A stretch of DNA of 44,698 nucleotides, taken from a virus (lineage: Duplodnaviria > Caudoviricetes). Shown here piece by piece: positions 6,555 through 14,858 of this stretch (positions are counted from its first letter, which is position 1; each line of letters opens with the position of its first letter). The stretch spans positions 1 to 44,698 of IMG/VR virus record IMGVR_UViG_3300022407_002666; one strand, written 5' to 3'. The translations under genes were made by a program, and so were the position numbers. The notes below the pieces were generated by a model. It did no database searches. It saw only the letters and a list, made by a program, of their open reading frames with translations, and had not been told where the DNA came from.

Positions 6555-8633
6555 ATGACAATTCTCTGGTTCGACTGCGAGACCTTCAGCGAGTGCGACC
6601 TCAAGACCGCCGGCACCCACCGCTACGCCGAGCATCCCAGCACCGAGATCACCGTCGCCCAGTGGGCCATCGACGATGGCGAGCCCCAGGTGCTGGACAT
6701 GACAGCACCATACCCCGAGCGCTGGCGCGTTGAGCAGTACCTGCTTTCCCCCCGCATCACCATCGTCGCCCACAACAGCGCCTTCGACCGCACTCTGCTG
6801 CGCCACTGCTGGGACATCGACGTGCCCGTGGAGCGCTGGCAGGACACTATGATCCAGGCCATGGCGCACGGCCTGCCGGGCGGGCTGGATAAGATCGGTC
6901 AGATCGTGGGGCTCGATGCCGACCAGGCCAAGGACAAGCGCGGCCGCGAGCTCATCCAGCTATTTTGCAAACCCCGCCCGAAGGGCAGCACCTTGAGGAG
7001 AGCAACCCGTGAAACGCATCCCGAGCAGTGGGCCGAGTTCCTCGAGTACAGCCGACAAGACATCGTCGCCATGCGCGCTATCGGCCAGCGCCTGCCGACC
7101 TGGAACTACCGCGCCGGGCACCCCGAGCTCGCCCTCTGGCACCTTGATCAGCGCATCAACGATCGCGGGGTGGCGGTCGACCTGGGACTCGCGGACGCCG
7201 CCATCAGAGCTGTTGACCGAGAACAAAAGCGACTGAAGGGCCAGGTCACCGAGGAGACCGACGGCCTAGTCACCAACGCCAGCCAGCGCGACAACCTGCT
7301 GGCCTACATCTGCGCCGAGTACGGGGTCGACCTGCCCGACATGAAGGCCGACACGCTGCGCCGCCGGGTGGAAGACCCCGACCTGCCCGAGTCGGTCAAG
7401 CTGCTGCTGTCCATCCGCCTCGAGGCCACCAAGACCAGCACCGCCAAATACAAGGCCCTGGTCAACGCCACGAGCGAGGACGGCCGCCTGCGCAACACGC
7501 TGCAGTTCGCCGGCGCTCAGCGCACCGCCCGCTGGGCTGGCCGGATCTTCCAGCCCCAGAACATGCCACGCCCTGACATGAAGCAGGACCAGATCGACGA
7601 GGGCATCGAGGCGCTCAAGGCCAACTGCGCCGACCTGTTCTTCTCCAACACCATGCGCCTGACCGCCAACACCGTGCGCGGCTGCATCGTGGCGCCGCCG
7701 GGCAAGAAGCTGGTGATCTCCGACCTGTCCAACATCGAGGGCCGGGGGCTTGCGTTCCTGGCCGGTGAGCGGTGGAAGCTCAAAGCCTTCGCCGAGTTCG
7801 ACGCAGGCACCGGCGAGGATCTCTACAAGGTGGCCTATGGTCGCTCGTTCAACATCGATCCGCGCGAGGCCACCGGCCAGAAGCGCCAGATCGGCAAGGT
7901 CATGGAGCTCGGCCTCGGGTACGAGGGCGGCGTCGCGGCGTTCCTGACCTTCGCCGCGGTCTACAACATGGACCTGCAGGAGCTGGCCAAGGCGGTGTGG
8001 GCCACGGCCAGCCGCGAAGCGCTCGAGAATGCGCTCGGCATGTGGAAGTGGGCGAGCTCCAAGAAGCGCACCCTGGGCCTGCCCCAGGACGTTTACGTGG
8101 CCTGTGAGGTGCTCAAGCGCGCCTGGCGCGACGCCCACCCGCAGACCACCGCCCTCTGGCACGCTGCAGGCGACAGCGTGCGCGCTGCGATCAAGAACCC
8201 AGGCGAGACCTTCGACATCGGCCAGCACCTCAAGGCCCGCCGCGATGGCGCCTGGCTGCGCCTGCGCCTGCCCAGTGGCCGCTACCTCTGCTACATCAAC
8301 CCCAAGGTCGATGACGACGGGCAGATCAGCTACTTCGGCGTCAACCAGTACACCCGCCAGTGGGGGCCGATCAAGACCTACGGCGGCAAGCTGATCGAGA
8401 ACGCCACCCAGGCCTTCGCCCGCGACATCCTGGGCAGCACCATGCCGGGCATTGAGTTGCTCGGGTACCAGATCGTGCTCTCTGTGCACGACGAGCTGCT
8501 GACCGAGACACCAGACACAGACGAGTTCAACGTCGCCGAGCTCAGCACGATGATGTCCGAGGCTCCGCACTGGGCGAAGGGCATCCCGCTCGCGGCCGCC
8601 GGCTTTGAAACGTACAGGTACCGGAAAGATTAA
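6555..8633 (+). CDS. Family A DNA polymerase with 3'-5' exonuclease domain
   Basis: Exo I DCETFS, AHNSAFDR; motif A DLSNIEGR; motif B RQIGKVMELGLGY; motif C SVHDE. Start at ATG 6555 after GAAAG. Confidence 0.95.
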   Translation: MTILWFDCETFSECDLKTAGTHRYAEHPSTEITVAQWAIDDGEPQVLDMTAPYPERWRVEQYLLSPRITIVAHNSAFDRTLLRHCWDIDVPVERWQDTMIQAMAHGLPGGLDKIGQIVGLDADQAKDKRGRELIQLFCKPRPKGSTLRRATRETHPEQWAEFLEYSRQDIVAMRAIGQRLPTWNYRAGHPELALWHLDQRINDRGVAVDLGLADAAIRAVDREQKRLKGQVTEETDGLVTNASQRDNLLAYICAEYGVDLPDMKADTLRRRVEDPDLPESVKLLLSIRLEATKTSTAKYKALVNATSEDGRLRNTLQFAGAQRTARWAGRIFQPQNMPRPDMKQDQIDEGIEALKANCADLFFSNTMRLTANTVRGCIVAPPGKKLVISDLSNIEGRGLAFLAGERWKLKAFAEFDAGTGEDLYKVAYGRSFNIDPREATGQKRQIGKVMELGLGYEGGVAAFLTFAAVYNMDLQELAKAVWATASREALENALGMWKWASSKKRTLGLPQDVYVACEVLKRAWRDAHPQTTALWHAAGDSVRAAIKNPGETFDIGQHLKARRDGAWLRLRLPSGRYLCYINPKVDDDGQISYFGVNQYTRQWGPIKTYGGKLIENATQAFARDILGSTMPGIELLGYQIVLSVHDELLTETPDTDEFNVAELSTMMSEAPHWAKGIPLAAAGFETYRYRKD

Positions 8634-8640
8634 CCCCACG

Positions 8641-8670
8641 TTACAGTCGGGATTTAGCAGGTGCTACACT
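8641..8670 (+). promoter_or_regulatory. Promoter with operator TAGCAGGTGCTA (8655-8666)
   Basis: Extended -10 TGcTACACT, directly after the polymerase stop codon. Confidence 0.65.
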
Positions 8671-8702
8671 TCACCTCGTCAGTAACCAACCGAAAGCAAC
8701 TT

Positions 8703-8897
8703 GTGAATCGTAAACCTTCCTTCCTTGACTGCCCTCCCCGCTACACCCGCACGCCCCGCCTCGACCAGTCCATGGCCGAGTACGCCGAGGCCGTGCACAA
8801 AGCCGACAAGGAAAACTTCTTCGGCCTGGGCGACGCCGTCATGGCCGTTGTCATCGTCGCTGTGCTCTGGCTCATCACCTCCGTGGTGCTGGCATGA
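8703..8897 (+). CDS. Small membrane protein (64 aa)
   Basis: GTG after GAAAG; C-terminal TM helix AVMAVVIVAVLWLITSVVLA. Confidence 0.55.
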   Translation: MNRKPSFLDCPPRYTRTPRLDQSMAEYAEAVHKADKENFFGLGDAVMAVVIVAVLWLITSVVLA

Positions 8898-9199
8898 GAG
8901 AGCGCGACGTCGAGGCACACCTCGTCAAGCGTGTGCGTGAGCTCGGCGGCGAGTGCCGCAAGGTGCAGTGGATTGGCCGCGTCGGTGCACCCGACCGGCT
9001 GGTGATGCTGCCGCCGACGGTCGCCACCGGCTGGGGCGGCAATGAGTGCCTCGTGCCCACATCCATCTGGGTCGAGCTCAAGGCGCCCGGCGAGAAGGCC
9101 CGGCCCAGTCAGGTGCGCGAGCACGAGCGCATGCGCGCCATGGGTCAGCGCGTGGTGGTCATCGACAGCATCGACGGCGTCGAGGAGCTGCTGGCATGA
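8894..9199 (+). CDS. VRR-NUC domain nuclease
   Basis: MRERDVEAHL...GAPDRLV...WVELKAPG...Q. Confidence 0.9.
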   Translation: MRERDVEAHLVKRVRELGGECRKVQWIGRVGAPDRLVMLPPTVATGWGGNECLVPTSIWVELKAPGEKARPSQVREHERMRAMGQRVVVIDSIDGVEELLA

Positions 9200-9684
9200 G
9201 CGGCGACCACAACATGCGCGGAGAAGATGACGATGAAATCTCCACAAGCACGCACTTCTTGCCTAAGCCAAAAACTTACGGCTGCGACCAAAACGAGTTC
9301 AGCCCAGACTGGGATCAGATGGCTGTACTTGTTGAGCAATCCCAAGAACAGGCCGCAAAGATAGAGCATCTTGAAGCAAAGCGTCTGCAAGATCGCAATG
9401 CAATGGATGCTATGAAACTGGCTAACGAACAGTGGTCGGTGCAATGTAGACAGCTTGAGAAAAAGTTGGCTGAACGCTCGGCAGAGCACCTCGCTGCGCA
9501 CATCACATATGACAAGGGGTATCAAGCTGGAAGGGACGATACGAAAGATGCGGAAGCTGAGTTTAATCGAGGCATCGAAGCCGCGCAGCATCGACTAATG
9601 CAGATGCACCGCATAGCAACAGAGAGACACAACCTTTACCACCACGCAGCGCTAGAGCTAAACAAACTGAAGGAACCAACATGA
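9196..9684 (+). CDS. Hypothetical coiled-coil protein (162 aa), lower-GC insert
   Basis: ATGA-coupled start at 9196; many A/T-ending codons. Confidence 0.6.
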   Translation: MSGDHNMRGEDDDEISTSTHFLPKPKTYGCDQNEFSPDWDQMAVLVEQSQEQAAKIEHLEAKRLQDRNAMDAMKLANEQWSVQCRQLEKKLAERSAEHLAAHITYDKGYQAGRDDTKDAEAEFNRGIEAAQHRLMQMHRIATERHNLYHHAALELNKLKEPT

Positions 9685-9929
9685 ACGTCAGATCACAAAC
9701 CATGCGTATGGTTTTAAACGCAATGAACCGTGTCGAACAGGACTGGCAGCGCAGCGGTAAACCAAAGGACGAAATGATCGACCCAGAGGCACCTGTAGTC
9801 GTGCAGTGCGGTGACTTCGGTTATCACATTGCAAGCATCGGCGGCGACGGGGACATTGATGGCTTTGTCATCATGCTTAAGCCAGAGCCGGTGTGCGAGT
9901 GGCGTGGTATGGATTGCATAAAGCTATGA
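9681..9929 (+). CDS. Hypothetical protein (82 aa), lower-GC insert
   Basis: RBS AAGGA; ATGA overlap. Confidence 0.6.
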   Translation: MNVRSQTMRMVLNAMNRVEQDWQRSGKPKDEMIDPEAPVVVQCGDFGYHIASIGGDGDIDGFVIMLKPEPVCEWRGMDCIKL

Positions 9930-10021
9930 CCACCTGGCCCTTCCCCACCGAGCTGCCGCCAGCGCAGCCGGCCAAGCCGATCCCCTTCAACCCATCCAAT
10001 TTTGAAGACGCACCATGGTAA
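9926..10021 (+). CDS. Pro-rich micro-protein (31 aa)
   Basis: MTTWPFPTELPPAQPAKPIPFNPSNFEDAPW; overlaps both neighbours and fills the gap exactly. Confidence 0.5.
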   Translation: MTTWPFPTELPPAQPAKPIPFNPSNFEDAPW

Positions 10022-10425
10022 GAACACCCCCCGCCAACAAGGGCAAGCAGATCATCAAGGTCGGCGCCCTCTCTTACGCCCAGCTGATCAAGTTCATGCT
10101 CGAGGGCGTCTACAGCTGCGAGGAGCTCGCCGAGCACACCGGCCTGCACTACGTCACCGTCCTGCACTACACCCGCGAACTGCACAAGGCTGGCGCCTGC
10201 TACATCTCGAGCTGGGGGCAGGACACCCGCGGGCGCGACGCCATCAAAATCTACAGCCTCGGCATCGGCTGGGATGTGCCCCGCCAGGAGCGCATGACGG
10301 TCGCCGAACGCACCCGCCGCTACCGGGCCAAGCTCAAATCCGGCCAGCTGGCCCAGGTCATGGGCGGCCAAGGTCAGTTTGTGCAGTCCGCCAACGGGCG
10401 CATTCGCTTCGAGGCGGCAGCGTGA
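10015..10425 (+). CDS. Winged-HTH DNA-binding protein
   Basis: SCEELAEHTGLHYVTVLHYTRELH is HTH-like. Confidence 0.7.
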   Translation: MVRTPPANKGKQIIKVGALSYAQLIKFMLEGVYSCEELAEHTGLHYVTVLHYTRELHKAGACYISSWGQDTRGRDAIKIYSLGIGWDVPRQERMTVAERTRRYRAKLKSGQLAQVMGGQGQFVQSANGRIRFEAAA

Positions 10426-10661
10426 AGGCCGAACGTCGACAAGCCGTGCGGGTGCTGTTGCGGGCCCACGAGGACGGCTTGTCTACGGCGGACATCGGCC
10501 GCCTGCTGGGTATTGAACAGACGGCCGTCCGCGTCGCGCTCAAGGCGATGCCTGACTGCTACATCGACCGCTGGCAGAAGCCCGCTCGTGGGCCCGTTTC
10601 CGGGGTCTGGTGCGCGGTGTATGTGCCAGACCACTGCCCGAGGCCACGCGAAAATGCGTAA
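10422..10661 (+). CDS. Small HTH-like protein (79 aa)
   Basis: GTGA-coupled; DGLSTADIGRLLGIEQTAVRVALK...YIDRW...CPRP. Confidence 0.65.
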   Translation: MKAERRQAVRVLLRAHEDGLSTADIGRLLGIEQTAVRVALKAMPDCYIDRWQKPARGPVSGVWCAVYVPDHCPRPRENA

Positions 10662-12054
10662 GCACTTCACCCCCCGCGCTTACCAGGGGATCGGCCTGGC
10701 GCACTTGGCCAACGTCGAGCGCGGCGCACTGTTCGCCGGCATGGGCACCGGCAAGACGGTCACCACCCTGACCTTCCTCGACCACCTGCACAACGTCGCG
10801 GGCGAGGACCGCCCGACCCTGGTGCTGGCGCCACTGCGGGTGGCCACCACCACCTGGCCCGAGGAGGCCCGCAAGTGGCAGCACCTGTCGGGCCTCGAGG
10901 TGGTGCCGATGGTGGGTGGCAAAGACGAGCGCGAGCGTGCCCTCAAGCGCGACGCGCCGGTCTACGTGACCAACTACGACAACCTGCTGTGGCTTCGCAT
11001 GCGGTGCGAAGAGACCGGCCTGGCCTGGCCCTTCGCCACCGTGGTGGCCGACGAGTCGACCCGGCTCAAGAACTTCAGGCTGCGCCAGGGCGGCGTGCGC
11101 GCCCAAGCGCTGGGCAAGGTGGCGCACACGGGCGTCAAGCGCTGGATCAACCTGACCGGCACGCCGGCCAGCAACGGCCTCGAGGACCTGTGGGGGCAGA
11201 CCTGGTTCTTGGACGCAGGCCAGCGCCTAGGGCGCACCTTTAGCGCCTTTCAGAACCGCTGGTTCCGCCCGGTCAAGCAGGGCCAGTTCCACCAGTGGCG
11301 CCCGGCGGAGTACGCGCAGGCCGAGATCCAGGAGCGCCTGGCTGACATCTGCCTGACGATTGACCCGAAGGATTGGTTCGACCTGAAGGACCCGATCGTC
11401 AACGTGATCGAGGTCGATATGCCAGCCAGCGCTCGCAGCAAGTACCGGGAGCTCGAGCGCGAGCTGTTCACTATGATCGAGGCCAACGAGGTCGAGGTCA
11501 CCAACGCGGCGGCGAAGTCGATCAAGCTGCTGCAGCTGGCCAACGGCGCGGTGTACCTCGACCCCGCAAGGTACGGTCCTGATGTTTGGATTGAGGTGCA
11601 CGATGCAAAAATTGAAGCTCTGGCGTCCGTGGTGGAAGAGGCTATGGGGGCGCCCATTCTGGTGGCCTACCATTTCAAGTCGGATCTCGCCCGCCTACAG
11701 CGAGCATTCCCTGAAGGTCGCCACCTGGACGCTGATCCTCAGACGATCGTGGACTGGAACGCTGGCCGGGTCCCGCTCCTATTCGCTCATCCTGCATCGG
11801 CGGGGCACGGTCTCAACCTCCAGGATGGGGGCAACATCATCTGCTACTTCGGCCAGTGGTGGGACCTCGAGCAGCACGACCAGATCCTCGAGCGGATCGG
11901 GCCGGTGAGGCAACTGCAAGCCGGGCACGAGCGCCCGGTGTTTGTGCACTACATCGTGGCGCGCGGCACGATCGACGAGCTGGTAATGGCTCGCCGAGAA
12001 TCGAAGCGTGAAGTGCAGGACCTCCTGCTTGATTATTTGAAAGGTAAAAAATGA
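10654..12054 (+). CDS. SNF2-family (SF2) helicase
   Basis: Start MRKHFTPRAYQ; GMGTGKT, VADEST, LTGTP, SAGHGLNLQ, ERIGPVRQ. Confidence 0.92.
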   Translation: MRKHFTPRAYQGIGLAHLANVERGALFAGMGTGKTVTTLTFLDHLHNVAGEDRPTLVLAPLRVATTTWPEEARKWQHLSGLEVVPMVGGKDERERALKRDAPVYVTNYDNLLWLRMRCEETGLAWPFATVVADESTRLKNFRLRQGGVRAQALGKVAHTGVKRWINLTGTPASNGLEDLWGQTWFLDAGQRLGRTFSAFQNRWFRPVKQGQFHQWRPAEYAQAEIQERLADICLTIDPKDWFDLKDPIVNVIEVDMPASARSKYRELERELFTMIEANEVEVTNAAAKSIKLLQLANGAVYLDPARYGPDVWIEVHDAKIEALASVVEEAMGAPILVAYHFKSDLARLQRAFPEGRHLDADPQTIVDWNAGRVPLLFAHPASAGHGLNLQDGGNIICYFGQWWDLEQHDQILERIGPVRQLQAGHERPVFVHYIVARGTIDELVMARRESKREVQDLLLDYLKGKK

Positions 12055-12365
12055 CGACCATTTGTAAATCGTGCGGCAAGATCGAAGGCCACTGGCCGAA
12101 CTGCGCCATCCTCGTGAACCCGCCGCTCGCCATCCCCGCCAAGGCGCCGGCGCCCACCACGCCCCTGACCAAGCAGGTCGACGGCAGCCACTACAAGGAC
12201 CTGAAAATCCAGCCGCTCGAATACATCCACGCCAACGGCATCCCCTTCGCTGAAGGGTGCGTGATCAAGTACGTGAGCCGCTGGCGCAACAAGGGCGGCA
12301 TCAAGGACCTCGAGAAGGCCAAGCACTTCCTCGAACTGCTGATCGAGCTGGAGACGCGAGCGTGA
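12051..12365 (+). CDS. DUF3310 (SaV-like / T7 gp1.7-related) protein
   Basis: QVDGSHYK...IQPLEYI...GCVIKYVSRWRNKGGIKDLEKAKHFL. Confidence 0.85.
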   Translation: MTTICKSCGKIEGHWPNCAILVNPPLAIPAKAPAPTTPLTKQVDGSHYKDLKIQPLEYIHANGIPFAEGCVIKYVSRWRNKGGIKDLEKAKHFLELLIELETRA

Positions 12366-12550
12366 GCGACAACCTCGACATCGCCAGCGACCGCGAGGAG
12401 CTCGCCCGCAACATGGCGATCAACCTCAAACGCCCCGCCGGACCCGCCGCCACCGGGCGCTGCCTGCACTGCGATGAGATCGTGGGCGACACTCAGCGCT
12501 GGTGCGATGCGGACTGCCGCGATCACTGGGAGAAATACCGTGGCCGCTGA
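12362..12550 (+). CDS. TraR/DksA-like C4 zinc-finger protein (62 aa)
   Basis: GTG start; MSDNLDIASDREE (DxxDxA-like), CLHC...WCDADC. Confidence 0.7.
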   Translation: MSDNLDIASDREELARNMAINLKRPAGPAATGRCLHCDEIVGDTQRWCDADCRDHWEKYRGR

Positions 12551-12551
12551 T

Positions 12552-12734
12552 ATGCAGTTCATCGCCGAGCTGCCCGCCGGCTACGACGAGCGCACGCGCC
12601 TGGCGCTGCGCGACGACAACCAGGTGATCGTCACGCACCCCGAGCACCCTGCCCTGGTGCTCGGTGCCGACGGTAAGTGGCTTGAAATTCTGAGCGGGGT
12701 TGTGCATCCTGCACATAGTTCTAGCACCTGCTAG
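12552..12734 (+). CDS. Hypothetical protein (60 aa)
   Basis: MQFIAELPAGYDERTRL...; GC3-rich codons; follows the previous stop directly. Confidence 0.55.
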   Translation: MQFIAELPAGYDERTRLALRDDNQVIVTHPEHPALVLGADGKWLEILSGVVHPAHSSSTC

Positions 12735-12736
12735 AA
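12719..12736. promoter_or_regulatory. Operator palindrome TTCTAGCACCTGCTAGAA
   Basis: Best-symmetry member of the TAGCAnnTGCTA family; about 50 bp left of the dif-like site. Confidence 0.65.
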
Positions 12737-12786
12737 CGACGCAGAGCGCGATGTCCCCCTAGCGCTTTGGTGGCTTTACAAATTTG

Positions 12787-12814
12787 TAAGGTCACAATAT
12801 ACATTATGCGTCCC
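12787..12814 (-). other. dif-like XerCD recombination site (putative attP)
   Basis: Minus strand GGGACGCATAA-TGTATA-TTGTGACCTTA versus E. coli dif GGTGCGCATAA-TGTATA-TTATGTTAAAT: XerC arm 9/11, spacer 6/6, XerD arm 4/11. Confidence 0.8.
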
Positions 12815-12824
12815 AGAACGGGGG

Positions 12825-12854
12825 TTGACGGTTGAGCATTTGCTAAAGGATACT
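12825..12854 (+). promoter_or_regulatory. Promoter of the XafT-like gene, with operator GAGCATTTGCTA (12834-12845) in the spacer
   Basis: TTGACG-N18-GATACT; the ATG lies 7 nt downstream with no RBS (probably leaderless). Confidence 0.65.
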
Positions 12855-12861
12855 GTCGCAC

Positions 12862-13269
12862 ATGCTTGAGATTAACGCCCGCCCCGGTCGCCACCTGCGC
12901 CAACTCATCGAGCTGATCGGCGAGCCGCGGCTGCTGCGCGAGCTCGACATCCACCGCACCACGCTGCGCCGCTGGCTGAAGGAGGAGATCAAGATCCCCG
13001 GCCACCAGCACCAGGTGATCCGCCTGCTGCTCGGCGACCTGCCGGGCACCGCCGGCCAGTGGAGCGGCTGGCGCTTCGACCAGGGGCTGCTGACCGCCCC
13101 GGGCGGTGACCGCTACCGGCCCGGCGACGTGCTCTCGCTCATCATCCTGCGCCAGCAGCTGACCGCCCAGCGCCGCGAGCTCGAGGCGCTCAAGGTCCGG
13201 CTCGCCATCAGCGAGGAAGCGCTCGAGCGGCTGGCGCCGGCGGCCAATGAGTCCAGGGCCTGGGGCTAG
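12862..13269 (+). CDS. HTH + DUF3653-like protein; XafT-like Xer recombination activation factor candidate
   Basis: N-terminal HTH LLRELDIHRTTLRRWLK...IP; DUF3653-like GDLPG...WSGWRFDQGLLTAPGGDRYRPGDV; C-terminal coiled coil; adjacent to the dif-like site. Confidence 0.72.
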   Translation: MLEINARPGRHLRQLIELIGEPRLLRELDIHRTTLRRWLKEEIKIPGHQHQVIRLLLGDLPGTAGQWSGWRFDQGLLTAPGGDRYRPGDVLSLIILRQQLTAQRRELEALKVRLAISEEALERLAPAANESRAWG

Positions 13270-14858
13270 GCCGCGATCGCGCCGAAGGTCTTCCAGGTGC
13301 CGGGCGTGCCCGCCGTGGTGCACACCACCCCGATCGTGCCGCCCGCTGCGGGCGTGCCGTAGACCCGATCCCCCACCGCCCAGGTGCCGGACGCCGGGGT
13401 GCCACCGAACGCCTCGATGCGGGCCTGCGCGAGCGACCAGGTGCCGGTCAGCGGGCGCAACGCACACACGCCCGCCGAGGTGAAGCGGTTGCTGTCGATC
13501 ACGCAGGTGCTGCCGATCGTGGCAAACACGTACTTGCCGAAGCAGTGGTTGCCGTTGAAGGCGACGTCCGTCCAGGTCGCAAAGTACAGCGTGTCGGTGA
13601 AGGCCGAGCCCGAGTAGAACTGGTTGCCCGAGATCGTGCTGTACTGCAGGTTCTCGATCGCCACCGACTTGTAGGCGGCGCCCACGTTCTCGCCGTCGAT
13701 CACGTTGCCCGTGATGGAGGACAGCTGGGCGTGGTTGACCTTGAGCTGCGGCTCGGCGCAGGTGGGGCGGCCAAAGACGTTGTTGTTGGCCAGTGTCAGG
13801 TACAGCAGCGGCACGCCGCCCGTCCCCGTGATCTCGAGCCCAACGTTGCAGTTGTTAAGCAGGTTGCCGGTGACCGCGACCTTGTTCATCGGGGTGCCGA
13901 CCGTGGCACTGCCTGCGGAGATCAAGATGCCGCAGCAGCCGTTGCCGTTGGTCGAGTGGCTCACCGTGTTGCCGGTGACGCTCACGTTGCTCACGCCGTA
14001 GACGGTCTCGCCCGAGGTGGTGTACACACCGATGCCCTTCAGCGTGCACTCGGCGATCGTGTTGTGGGCGATCAGGATGTTGCTCGAGCCACTCAGGTTG
14101 TTGGGGGAGTTGCGCACGTTGACGCCGAACTCCCCGTAGTAGGAGAAGTGGTTGCCGACGACGCGCACGTTCTTACCGGAGTGGATCGACACCGCGTCGT
14201 AGTAGCTGGCCGGGCTCGAGGTGCTGCCGACCAGGGTGTTGCCGCTGATCTCGATGTCCTCACCATCCGCCGTGATGCCAGAGTAGTTGCCCAGGCCCGA
14301 GCAGTTGTGGATCTTGACCCCACTGACCTGGCGCGTGGCGGTGCCCGCGCTCGTGCGCTGCAGGATGTAGATGGCGCAGGCCGTGCCCACGAAATGGCAG
14401 CGCTCGATCGAGACGTTGGTGACGCTGTTGGCGGCCGTGTCGGGGGCGACCTGCAGCATGATGCCCGCGCCCAACTCCTGGCCACCGCCCGGTGCGGTCT
14501 GGGAGATGCGCACGCCCGTGAAGCGCAGGTTGGACACGGGGAGTGCGGTCTGGTCGACGCCGAACACCGCCGCAAACAACGTGCTGCCGGTGACGGCGGA
14601 GGCCGTCATCGACGCCCCCGCCTCAAACTCGACCGCGGTGTTGCTGGGTAGCGCAAAGAGGGAGCTGTACGCGCTGAGGCCCGCGGGGAACACCACCTGG
14701 TAGCTGCCCCGGGGGAAGTAGACCGTGCCGCCCCCGGCAGCCTTGACGGTGGCGATCGCCGCCTGGATCGCGGCGGTGTCGTTGGCGGTGCCATTCCCCA
14801 CGGCCCCGTGGGTCTTGACGCTGATCAATCGTTGCTGGTTCTCTTGCGCATTACTCAT
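13266..14858 (-). CDS. Tailspike/depolymerase (pectate-lyase-like right-handed beta-helix) lacking an N-terminal virion anchor
   Basis: Begins ISVKTHGAVGNGTANDTAAIQAAI...GGGTVYFPRGSY; repeated I(S/T)GN beta-helix turns; C-terminal VCTTAGTPGTW. Confidence 0.8.
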   Translation of the reverse strand: MSNAQENQQRLISVKTHGAVGNGTANDTAAIQAAIATVKAAGGGTVYFPRGSYQVVFPAGLSAYSSLFALPSNTAVEFEAGASMTASAVTGSTLFAAVFGVDQTALPVSNLRFTGVRISQTAPGGGQELGAGIMLQVAPDTAANSVTNVSIERCHFVGTACAIYILQRTSAGTATRQVSGVKIHNCSGLGNYSGITADGEDIEISGNTLVGSTSSPASYYDAVSIHSGKNVRVVGNHFSYYGEFGVNVRNSPNNLSGSSNILIAHNTIAECTLKGIGVYTTSGETVYGVSNVSVTGNTVSHSTNGNGCCGILISAGSATVGTPMNKVAVTGNLLNNCNVGLEITGTGGVPLLYLTLANNNVFGRPTCAEPQLKVNHAQLSSITGNVIDGENVGAAYKSVAIENLQYSTISGNQFYSGSAFTDTLYFATWTDVAFNGNHCFGKYVFATIGSTCVIDSNRFTSAGVCALRPLTGTWSLAQARIEAFGGTPASGTWAVGDRVYGTPAAGGTIGVVCTTAGTPGTWKTFGAIAA

